Origin: Pseudovirgaria hyperparasitica
Taxonomy: Eukaryota
Strand: one strand, 5' to 3'
NCBI GenBank assembly: GCA_010093815.1
Contig: ML996590.1
Length of the DNA: 20,000 nucleotides
This document shows, piece after piece, positions 1 through 9,700 of the stretch. Position 1 is the stretch's first letter; each line of letters opens with the position of its first letter. The notes beneath the pieces are model-generated. The model saw only the letters and a list, made by a program, of their open reading frames with translations. It had not been told where the DNA came from and made no database searches. The position numbers and the translations under genes are program-made.

Positions 1-538
1 TGAAGGATTTAAGCATTGGCGCACTCATACCGGTAATTTTCACGGTAATGACAAGTACAGCGATTCTTCGTTGGGGCTGAGGAATTTTCCCCACTTGTGA
101 CCCCAAACCCACTGCTACCTCCATAGGATAACCAAGGACCAGTTTGAGAGGAATGCTCACCACACTTCCGCGTTTGCCGGGGCAGCAAAGCGCAAAAGTC
201 ATTCACGTATTTGCCTCGTAGCCTAGCAATGTTCAGATCGGGGGAAGGATCGTCATAATCATCCGAGTCCAAGGACGTCGTACGCATACGCATAGGCAGC
301 TTCCTTGCGAGGGTTAATGACACCCCTAATCGGTTTATCTTCATGCAGAACTGCACTCAATGCAATGATTGCATCTGTTATGGTCCCTGCAGCCTTTGGT
401 GGCCGAACATGGCTTTGTGCAGGCCGTGCGTAGATCAGGACGGCTGTGGGCTTGCCCTCGTCAACATTCGTTCTCTGTCTTTTCTTCGGTCGATGATGAT
501 ATAAGGGGTTCTAAGGAATAGGTAGTGGAGGTTTTGTA

Positions 539-722
539 TTGGCGGAATATCCGGATGCCTTTGGGCTTTATATCTATGACGGACTGTGCGACATCTCTCG
601 GAGATCTTGCTGCTCATACATTTGTTTCCCAAATTCATGGTGATGCTGACCTCGAATGGTATGTCATGTACGTCACGCGGACTACTCGCGTACTGTTGTG
701 GAATGATCTGTATTGTACATAG
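539..722 (+). pseudogene. 3' fragment of a kinase-like (pseudokinase) gene, paralog of 15076-16099
   Basis: FISMTDCATSLGDLAAHTFVSQIHGDADLEWYVMYVTRTTRVL aligns without gaps to FISMTERRESLRDLVGHSFVSQIQENAEIGWCVMYVMRTTRVL at the C-terminus of the 15076-16099 product. No upstream kinase exons are recognisable at 1-538. Confidence 0.8.
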
Positions 723-726
723 CCTA

Positions 727-1043
727 TCATCCCTCTGTCGCAATCACATCATCGGCTACCCTATCTCTTCTCTGAACCAATTTCAACTTCTTGGAACGGG
801 GGCAAGTCTCGAATGGTTTTGGCGTTACGCGAATCGGAATGGGGTAGTTCTGGTCCTGTTGGCCTTGTTAGTACATTCTCCCAGATGGTCAGCGCCTTCA
901 TCTTACTAGCATCTTCAGATCTGTCAGCCAAGAGACACCGTCCTCGGAGTCACATATATAAATCTTTTGACCGCGCCTTATGACGATGAAGATATCTGCG
1001 CCATAGCCTTGCGGAACTTTTCATTGACCAATTTTTGGCCCAT
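727..1043 (-). pseudogene. Divergent MADS-box/SRF-like transcription factor pseudogene (2 exons, internal frameshifting deletion)
   Basis: ATG at 1043 gives MGQKLVNEKFRK, then after a frameshift YGADIFIVIRRGQKIYICDSEDGVSWLTDLKML. A phase-0 intron follows at 906-856 (GTAAGA...CTAAC...CAG), then DQNYPIPIRVTPKPFE...* (TGA 729-727). KFRK, ADIFIVIRRG and SW fit the MADS-box pattern, but the central KKAxEL helix is missing and exon 1 (137 nt) is out of frame. Not in the ORF track. Confidence 0.6.
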
Positions 1044-1154
1044 GGCTACGAGTCAGGTAGGGCTATTTCACATAAAGTATCAAGTTGCGAAGTATACCCC
1101 AGGTAAAGAGCTCATACGAAGTGACTTACGGTAATGTATGCTCAGTCACTAAGG

Positions 1155-1237
1155 CTTTACTGAGCCGCAGACTTTACTGAGCCGTCACACTTTACTGAGC
1201 CGTCACACTTTACTGAGCCGTCACACTTTACTGAGCC
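1155..1237 (+). repeat. Tandem minisatellite, 18-bp unit CTTTACTGAGCCGTCACA (5 copies of the CTTTACTGAGCC core)
   Basis: Units start at 1155 (17-nt variant), 1172, 1190, 1208 and 1226 (partial). Extra ACTGAGCC at 1274-1281 and inverted GCTCAGT at 1140-1146. Confidence 0.95.
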
Positions 1238-1320
1238 ACTACAATATTCAACGCTAATATCGTTACGATTGAAACTGAGCCGTGAGAGATTCTGTCCTGG
1301 TGACTAGTCGCCAGCTGATC

Positions 1321-1990
1321 ATGAAACCACATCGGCTTCCACCTGCCCTTTCCAGCGAAGAATTTCAGAAGTGGACTTGCCGAGGCTTCATATTGAAGTC
1401 CTGCCCCAAAGTAGACTGGCCTTTGGACTGTCGACAAGCCTTACCAAATCTGCGACTCGGTACTCATACTTGATAACGAGGAAGTCCAGAGTATGGACAG
1501 CCCAGATCTTTTGGCGTTTACAGACAGCTTGCAGAAATCAAGTGCATCGCAAGACGCGCACAGATTCAACACGGCTTGGCTGCAATGGCAGGCGTTCATT
1601 AATGATGTTCGAAAAGTCAAGGTTATCACAAGTGTGTTGAAGCATTAGTTGGAAAGGACGAGCACTCGAAAGAAGATGGTAACAGTCAAGTACCAGTTCA
1701 ATATGGGCTACTATCTTCTCGCAAGAACTGGAGTCACCTGCGGCGAAGCCCAGCCCCCATTCGTCCTTCTCACTGTACCTGGCGGGCATATGATCAATTT
1801 GTCCCAGGTCTTTGGACTGACTTAAGATATCCTCGGGCGCAACGAGTATATCGAAGTCGGCCAGTATACCAGAAGCGCTCTCGCTCCCATTGCAACTCTT
1901 CTCTGAACTCGAGACTCTCAGACAACCAGACTTAACAGGTTGAGGGTGCGAGATTGGCGGAAAGTCGACTCCCTTTTCCGAACGGATTAG
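1321..1990 (+). pseudogene. RIP-damaged pseudogene of unknown function (3' limit uncertain, may extend to ~2460)
   Basis: MKPHRLPPALSSEEFQKWTCRGF...PNLRL, a 1-nt frameshift near 1459, then VLILDNEEVQSMDSPDLLAF...KVITSVLKH*LERTSTRKKMVTVKYQFNMGYYLLA. The TAG at 1646-1648 is TGG in the second copy (4248-4250). Further TAA/TGA/TAG stops and TpA-rich sequence follow. Confidence 0.6.
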
Positions 1991-2509
1991 CCCCATACTG
2001 GATAGGTAGGGATACACTTCTAGGCATACCGACAGTGAAAGCCCCTTAAGTATAGTAGAAAAGCAGCTATAAATAGAAGAGGCACGGAGTGAAAGTGACA
2101 AGATCCGGTCCGAGATCCGAAGCGGGCCGTCATTACAGCTGATCTCTTTACATTTCATTTCTAGTTAGTACTCTCGATACAGCATTGAACAGACTTTTGT
2201 GCGTGTGCGAGATAGACAGATCGTCCGACACCCGAGATTCCGTTACCGGTCGTGCAAAGGAAGTCCTCAGCCGTCTGCTTGATCCTAGTATACGCCTGGA
2301 TCCCCGAAACTGGGCCAAGTTTGCTAAATATAGCATCATACTGTATTGCACCCGGACGCCTTTGAAATCGTAATCTTTTTTTGGTAGCACATCGTTAGCA
2401 TAGCCCATGAAACATGTTTGATGATACACAGGGATGATTCTAAGCAATGTATAGTATAAAACCTGTTTGGTCAAGCTAGAGGGCTGCTTGGGAGATACTT
2501 CGTACAACG

Positions 2510-3419
2510 ATGGATGACCAGTCTTGCCGTCCAAATATGAGTATCTACAGCATCACGCCTCCAGACAGCGAAGTTGCGCTCTGTGCTGGTGGCCCTGACA
2601 ACCTTAATGCCACTTGGGAGAATTGGACCTTTCCTTCGAGCTCTCCACCGGCGATCTTATATCGAAACAACCTAGGGTCTGGACACATGACAGCTGATTC
2701 CTCCGACTTGTTCGCTGACGTCAATGAATACTCCTTTGAGCCGGACTTGAATCTTCTGAGGGCACAATGTCAATCTCCGTGGCCAATCGAGTTCCAACAA
2801 GAAAACTGGGAGTCGCTGCAGGAGACGACCGCAACATGGAACACCACGTCAGAAGATATCTCTTGGAGAGAATGTGAGCCTCGGGTCGTCCAGACAGACC
2901 CATATCATGGACTCCCTGAGCAGGTAGCATTGCTCGAGCTTCGTATGACCCAGGAAGAGTATTGGACAGATCAGCTCCAGCTCTGTTCTACTCGGCTGGA
3001 TGCTCGAGCATTTGACTTGGAAAAGAAGTCAGGTTCCTATCAAGGCAGGATTGACTGCCTGGAGGAGAAAGTAATTGCACTAGAGGGAAGCAGAGAGTTG
3101 CTACAGCAAAGCAACGCACAACTCGAAAAGCAGATGAATTCTGCATCAAAGCAGATTGACCGGCTCACGGAGCAGAACACGGCGCTCCGGTGGTAAGTTG
3201 ACTGTGCTCTACCTGTCCCCGCATGAGGTCTCATGGGCTGATGGTACACGAAGGGATCTCGATAGCGTAAAAACGTATCTCGAGCAGTTCCAGGACTGGT
3301 CCTTTGAACTCAAAAACTCTGTCGACTCGATCGCGAGCAGTTGCAAGCAGCAAGAGGACGACGGTTCGGAACGGAGACTAATAGCTCTGCGACCAAGAAG
3401 CGAGACAGCATCGGTTTAA
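2510..3419 (+). CDS. Hypothetical coiled-coil protein, join(2510..3192,3254..3419), ~282 aa
   Basis: The 228-aa ORF ends at a GTAAGT donor (3193), with GCTGAT branch site and AAG acceptor (3253). Splicing continues in frame into DLDSVKTYLEQFQDWSFELKNSV...*. Heptad L/E/Q/K-rich segment (LEEKVIALEGSRELLQQSNAQLEKQMNSASKQIDRLTEQN). Confidence 0.75.
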
Positions 3420-4175
3420 CCTCGGGCTTATCTGAGACTGTCGGTGATGGCATTCATAGTTATCTACAGACAGGTCCCTATCGTAATTATCTGAGAGCTG
3501 TATAGCTGCATAATATAGTTCAGCCTAAGATAGCCTGTTGCATTGTGCTTTGACGCCTTATGTATCCGAATTCGACGTAGGTTTCCGAATTCAGCTAGGT
3601 CTCGTGCCCATCCAGAAACCGCTTCATCGGCAACGTTAACTAAGTGAACGTCAAGTCATGATATAGGACGTCCGACTAGGAGCTTATACGTGTTTCAGCT
3701 CGATATGAGCAACTTCAATATTATTTGTTTCATATGCCAATTATCTCATGATCAAATTGTAAATTTATCGATATATGACATAGCTAACGCAGATCTTATA
3801 TTACCTTCGAAAGAAATCAATGCTCAGACAGAGTGAAACTCCACACAGCAGTAGGGACAGTGATGTTGACAAGTCATGCCCGGTACTTGTTACGTGGACA
3901 GGATCGCCTAGCATTACTGTTGGGAAAGCCGTGCCCCCGACAAAAGACCCTGTTCCAGTGCCCCAAAGAACACTCTGCGTCGAGTTTGGGTATGGATATG
4001 GAACTTTGTTTGACAAGGGTGGCGCAGGTGAGAGTGGAGAGAAGCGAGCGACATCAGAAGTGTCGAGGACAGAGCTTGGCATCAATGGGTCATCGATCTG
4101 TGAGCTTCCGTCCTCTGCTCCTCTCCAAGTGGTTTGACGAAGCTCCGATGACGATGACGTCAGGGTTGGCAAATT

Positions 4176-4391
4176 TTTCAGAAGTGGACAACCCAGATCT
4201 TTTGGCGTTTATAGACAGTCAAGGTTATCACAAGTGTGTTCAAGCATTGGGTGGAAAGGACGAGTACTCGAAAGAAGATGGCAACAGCTAAGTACCAGTT
4301 CAATACGGGCTACTATCTTCTCGCCGTTATGACTGCGTCATCACAAGCTCACATTCGTATTTATCTTTGTACCTGGCGGGCATATGATCAA
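4176..4391 (+). repeat. Internally deleted second copy of the 1364-1797 pseudogene segment
   Basis: Near-identical blocks (CCCAGATCTTTTGGCGTTTA, TCAAGGTTATCACAAGTGTGTT, GGGCTACTATCTTCTCGC, TGTACCTGGCGGGCATATGATCAA) are shared with 1364-1797. This copy lacks 1377-1498 and 1528-1616. Confidence 0.9.
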
Positions 4392-4817
4392 ACGTTTCTC
4401 TTTCTAGTCACCATGCCTGTTATATGTAGGACTCCTGTTACATCTCTATAACTTACATTTCATCGCAGCCAGCCTAGAGACTTGCCTCGGAGTGAGAGCA
4501 ATGAATGGGAACACGGACTAAATTAAGCTGATCAGACTACATGTACATTGCTCAGGTCTTACTTAGCTAGACTAGACAGGACTGTCAATCAACTTTGTCA
4601 CGCTTTACTCTACCGAAGTTCCCAGATTGAGAGGGCGCAGGCTCCACGTGCCTAACGTTGCGTGGCATTTCGCTGATAAACTGCATTATACCTTGCAGTG
4701 ATGAGGGCGCGCAGGAAGCTCTCTGCATATCCACGTACTCTGGTAGGAGGCTCAGCAAGTTCTTGGCAGCGTCAATTCCGTAGCGGCTTAGTCGTTGGTA
4801 GCTTCGCCCCTCAGGCA

Positions 4818-4952
4818 TGTTAGGAATAAATGAAAACCCCCTTCCATAAGAAATTATATTCTCTTTGATAACTCTAGAATTAAGACTCCAGAAAGCTTTC
4901 TAACTGTATCTAAAAGTATATTTAGATATTATTAAGAAAACTTCCAATAAGA
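4818..4952. mobile_element. AT-rich, RIP-degraded solo-LTR-like relic
   Basis: Starts TGTTAGGAA and ends TTCCAATAAGA (imperfect TGTTA...TAACA inverted ends). Strongly AT/TpA-rich with sharp boundaries, and truncates coding sequence at its right edge. No matching target duplication. Confidence 0.45.
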
Positions 4953-5859
4953 AGATCGTCATCGGCGCAGCCCTCACCGCCCTCGGTGCCGCCAACATCA
5001 GCCACGTCACCGTTGCCTTCCTCGGCGCCCTGAGCACCGTCATCGCAGGCCTGGTCACCTATCTGCGCTCTCGCGGCCAGTCAATGCGCGCTCGCATGTT
5101 CCGCGACGACCTCGAGCGCGTCGTAGATGAGATAGAAAACAGCGAAATCATGTGGCTGGGCATACAGAAGGGTGTACATGGCTACGACGAGATCGACGTC
5201 GACGAGGTCAGCGTGCGCAGCGAGGTCGCCCGCCTCACGCGTCTGTACGATCGCGCTATCAAGAACCACCTGCAGAGCAACCCTGAGGGGGTTTTTGAAA
5301 CCTCAGTTGACCTTCGATTTTTGACGTTTCTGACCTCCAATTCCCGTTTTTCCGCCGAGTATTTGAAACCGTATCTCACCTCCAGCTTAAAACCCGAGCT
5401 GATGACCAGGGTTTAAAGACGGCGTGGTACTAAAGGAAGACGGCGTGGAACTAAAGGAATGTGGCTTCGGGATGGCTAAACTTACCTATATTAGGTATAG
5501 TTAGAGGTCAAAAATCGACGTTTTTGAGCAGCAAGTATTTTTCGCACGTCGAAAAACTCGAATCTATTCGATTTCGCCTATACTTCGGTAAATTAAGAGA
5601 AGCCTAAGAGAAACCATGGATTTAGTATAGACGGACGCCGTCTAAGCGCTTAAAAATAAGGTTATTCTGGAGGTCAAAAATCGACCTGAGGTTTCAAAAA
5701 CCCCCTGAGCTGCACCAGGGTGGTGGTGCCATGGACGCCACCATGGCCATGAGGGCTCGTCCGGTAGGATCGTCGCCTGCTGCCGCCCCGACGGCCCCTG
5801 GGCCCGAGGCTGCAGATGTGGGCGCTGTCGCCGCGCCCACAGGCCCTGTGCCCCCGTAA
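4953..5859 (+). pseudogene. SLATT (SMODS/SLOG-associating 2TM effector, fungal type) domain gene, 5'-truncated and disrupted by a TIR element
   Basis: IVIGAALTALGAANISHVTVAFLGALSTVIAGLVTYLRSRGQSMRARMFRDDLERVVDEIE matches the two-TM SLATT_fungal pattern. Removing 5287-5705 plus one TGA restores the frame ...HLQSNPELHQGGGAMDATMAMRARPVG...GPVPP* (TAA 5857-5859). GC3-rich codons. Confidence 0.8.
5287..5705. mobile_element. Non-autonomous TIR DNA transposon (MITE), 419 bp, probably PIF/Harbinger-like
   Basis: Perfect 20-bp TIRs GGGGGTTTTTGAAACCTCAG (5287-5306) and CTGAGGTTTCAAAAACCCCC (5686-5705). 3-bp TSD TGA (5284-5286, 5706-5708). Subterminal TCGATTTTTGAC repeats, internal 21-bp tandem duplication at ~5417-5459, no coding capacity. 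Confidence 0.93.
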
Positions 5860-7437
5860 GATCTTTGTCCTTCTCGGGAATTTTACCCCACGGGAATGAA
5901 GCGACTTCAGAGGTGTACATGGAAAGATGACTTGACTGTCTCAATTCAAGGGGGTCGCCTTTTTGACACGGTGTCATCAATTCTACGTCGCTCTCAAGAG
6001 TTAGATTCATTCATTCAAAATACAGGAAAAGATCTGTATACATAGTCTGAGCCTGACTATCTAAGAGATCGCGCAATCTGTCAGAGACAACGCTTTGAAC
6101 GTGCCTCAATCATAATACTGACTGAGAACAAAAGTCTGTGTGTGGGTCTCAATTATCCAAGCAGGGACAAAGCGCTCAGTGAAAACAAAAGTACCGAGGT
6201 CTACCAAACTGTGGTCTTGTTGTGCACCTCCGTCAACGGCGGTTGACGAGGTACTATTTCCACCAGCTTTGAAGGGTCATGCCATTCAACAGCGTAAACA
6301 AAGTGTATGTGCTCGCCTTCTTCCTTAACCCGATACCCAATCTTGAACATATCTGTAATTAAATCCACAGTCCATCCTGTAAAGCCCGCCCCATCTTGAA
6401 AATGTAGTTTGCATACTGAGCCTTCCATCTCTTCAACAAGTAATGGGTTCTCTCTCTCTTTGAAGTAGGGAGTTTTATTCTGAAGCCCGGTTTTAAGCCA
6501 CATGTCTTCGAGCTTGGTGAGATCTTCAAAGACTACTCACTCATGCCTTACTTTCTAGACCAAGACCACTTCACGGAATGGGTCGTCCCATTTGCTTTTA
6601 GTTATGCTTCTTACGAGAGCTATAATGGACAGGTTTGCTTCTACTATTATCGTCTTGCCTTTAGGGAGAGTAAAATTAGAGTTATTTATCCTAAGAAGAG
6701 TAGTTTATCGTTACCGTAATTGAGTCGTCGAAAGTCAAGGTAGCTAAGACAGAGCACATGACTCGGCTCGCGATTACTGTAGCACTACTGCCTTAAAGTA
6801 AAGAAATCGGCGAAGATACCACGAATATGACAGCACCCTCCCATCCACGCTGATGCACTCCACCGCAGTCACCATTGTCCGTTTCTCGCCGGCGCCTCGA
6901 TGCTCGGAACCAAATCTGTGCTTTTCTTGCTTCAGCTATACCTCTTAGAGATACCGACATCGTAGTGCATATCATGACCACGTGACTCCCGAAAGATGCG
7001 TAGCAGATTTACGAGGGAAATATTTGTTAGCTCTCTGCCGCAATGCATTCATCTGCAACCAAATCAGCGCCCCTGGTCGTCCCTCACTCGAAAGCTGGAC
7101 ACGAGGGCACGGTACTCTGCCACACTACCCAGCAATCACTGTATTTGAAGAAGACATAGACAAAGAGGACAGGTCTAATATTATTTTTGATCAAGAAAAT
7201 CCAAAAGCCAAAGGCAAATCTTTCCGTCAAGCTCTCGTCTCTGTGTGCTCTCTAATTTCGCGGCCTCGGCGTCCTCCTTGCTCTCTTCGCCGTCGGCTCC
7301 CTTCTCGAGTGAGTCTGCATCCGGTCTGCCTGGGAGAAGAAGGAGAAGAAGGAGAAGCCCTGGACTCGAACAGATATTACATAAAGCCTCCTGTAGTCCT
7401 CATCATGAGCGGTGGAGCTCATTATGTAATCTTCGAA

Positions 7438-8950
7438 TTATAGAAAAGACAGCAAAAATCTTGCTGTAATGCGGCTTGTGTATTGTCGCCAGTTGTGCAT
7501 GGAAACGGCCACGCGTGTCCGCTCTTCAAGAAAATTCCCTGGAGAAATTAGCAAAGATCCAGTGACCAAGGGGGGAATGAAATTTGTACTTTTGTCTTGG
7601 ATGAGCGAACTTAGTTTCTGGAGGCATGTGATCATTCCCGGTTGAGTGATCTTCGCGCTCCAGTCATTTTTACAATCTTTGATCGGATTACAGCTGCGAG
7701 CATACTTCTTTTGGAAAAGCTCTATGATAATGTCGAAGCATCCGTCAATTCTTCGGACAGCTTCATTTGCGCTTTCCTCCGCGAAGCTCCTCTCAAAATC
7801 TCCTTGACCCACTCTACCATCCAGAATACTGTTAACATTCTTCTGGATGCCTTCGACAGCAATGGCTAAACCAAGAACGATAATGAACGCATCGGTCCAT
7901 TTATCGTAGCCTTTACTACCCTCCAGCATGTTTTGCAGACGTCCTAGTAGCATCTTCACCATTTCTCTCTGTAATCGTGCGTAGAAATGTTTGATTTGTC
8001 GGTTCGCCAGACGCGGCGAAGTCTTGTCGCCGTAGTCATCTGGTCTATAGTTTGATAGCTTTGAGAGGATGTCAACTTTGTGTTCGTCAGGTATGGTCAA
8101 AATGTGTGCAACAATATAGGTGGTGATTATGAGATAATAAACTTCCGTCAGTAATTTCTCCTCCATGTTATTAGCAAGGTGTCCAACGACCACGTCACGG
8201 GCATGTGCGCTCATACCTATTCGGCTCCCTGAGTAGGGTAGATGTTAACTAGACACTCGAACATCTGTTTCGCGAATTCTTCCTTTTCACCCACATAGTA
8301 CTGTCCGACAAAGGTGGGCATGAAATGAGTAGCGATCTGTTTGACGTGAGTGTCATATTTGGTCTCATCCTCAGTAGAATCAATGCTCTGTAGCCCAAGT
8401 GGAGGCGAAGCCTTTTCTACACGAATGTTTTGGCCCGTTTTTGCGTCCTTGAAGTGTTGGAATTGCCGTAACAATACAGGATTACTCGGCTTGAATTCAT
8501 AAACGTCAACTTCAAGCCAGGGCAAGCGCCATCCTGGCATCAATTGGATCTTGATCATAGACTTTCCCCAATCATGGACATTCGTTTCGCACAGTTCGAT
8601 TAACGTCTTTTTGCTGTGGAGGTCGGAAATCCAGGCTATAATCTGTTAGCACTGTTCAGTATACTCATGTTCGGAACATACGTGGTAGGGAGAAAAATCA
8701 TAAGATCAGGAAGTGTATCACGACAGCAGCCTAGTTTCCAATCATGACTTGGATTTTGAGATCGATTTCGCCTGGGTAGCACTGAAACGGTCTGCTGAGC
8801 TATGGCTCTAGAAGAGTGGACTGCTCCTACTTCATATCTCTGAATCATGCAGGGCCAACAGACAGGTGCTTTCTGGTCTGTAACGAAATTATCCTTCGAG
8901 GCGGAGCTAGCTCCTTGCCATGTAGGACCCGGATCCGAGAACGCCAATGG
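7438..8950 (-). pseudogene. Degenerate Zn(II)2Cys6-like fungal transcription factor gene
   Basis: VCWPCMIQRYE | intron 8830-8782 | CYPGEI... with the second CxxC missing, then ...WKLGCCRD. Introns at 8681-8636, from 8216 (GTATGA, GCTAAT branch) and at 7589-7539. Long C-terminal ORFs at 8217-8558 and 7438-8214. In-frame TAG at 8219-8217 just before a splice donor, plus phase mismatches. The 5' end abuts an AT-rich relic. Confidence 0.6.
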
Positions 8951-8954
8951 TAGA

Positions 8955-9196
8955 TGTATAGCCTCGAAAACAGTCCGTAAAAAGGTCTCGAAATTTATAG
9001 TGCATAATCTATCACGGGTCTAGCTAGGTATATTATATACTACCTTCTCTAAGTCTCTGCTTATAGCTCTATTCATTAATTCTTCTAAAAAATAATAAGT
9101 TAGAAAGATAGAAAGCGTCTATAGCTATAATCTGATACTAATCTCCATTATATATTAGAGGCCCAGAAAAGAGATATAAGAAATAGGATCGTGTCT
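8955..9196. mobile_element. AT-rich RIP-degraded repeat relic, possibly a solo LTR (9010-9196)
   Basis: Abrupt TpA-rich, CpA-poor island. TATCACGGG at 9010 and GGATCGTGTC at 9186-9195 resemble mutated TGTCACG...CGTGACA LTR termini. No TSD. Confidence 0.4.
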
Positions 9197-9272
9197 CTGT
9201 GTAGTGGCAGCATTGCTACTGGATTACCCTCCACGGCAGGCGCCTAAAGATGACTTCGGAGAGAGCAAGGTA

Positions 9273-9700
9273 TTAGACATGACTTGTGCATTGAGTTGGA
9301 GGAGGGATGGACGAAGTGAGAAATGTGCCTCTGCACATGAAGCTCATTCCGCTCATCCGACGGTCGTTTATTCCGTCGAAAGAATCCAGAGATTTTTCCT
9401 CAGAACCAAGATTCGAATGCTCTTGGTTGGCCTCTCGACCACCGTGCGTTTTGTTCCGTGTGGCATGAATTAACGCAACGGTCATCTGAATTGCTGGAGG
9501 TAACGTCATAAACAAGGTGTTCGTTTTATACAAAGCCAGCAAGATGGTGAGAGATAGTGAGTACGGTATCCCCTGGAACATCAGCAACGTTTGATAGCCG
9601 TGCGACAGACTTACCTTATTGGTACACACACTGGCTGGTATAATGGCGACAGTAAGGACAGCTAAAATCCCGTGACGAATGATACTTCGACTTATGAAAT
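9273..9700 (-). pseudogene. Possible 3' fragment of a membrane-protein gene
   Basis: Hydrophobic segments (GILAVLTVAIIPASV; GIPYSLSLTILLALY) flank an in-frame 42-nt GTAAGT...GCTGAT...CAG intron candidate (9614-9573). No family recognised. Confidence 0.3.

Noticed and set aside
190..235. IARLRGKYVNDFC (minus) resembling VADLRGKYLLALC at ~7000 (plus)
   Set aside because: The match is too short and does not visibly extend, so it may be chance.
1155..1237. CRISPR-like array
   Set aside because: Repeat units are contiguous and identical with no unique spacers, the context is eukaryotic, and there are no cas genes.
5084..5416. Standalone 110-aa ORF, and the minus ORF 5642-6010
   Set aside because: Both are chimeras reading from or across the SLATT gene into the MITE.
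6100..6720. Degraded minus-strand ORF (6201-6503) with a faint BTB-like feel
   Set aside because: Probably a RIP-damaged gene relic, but no diagnostic motif supports a family call.
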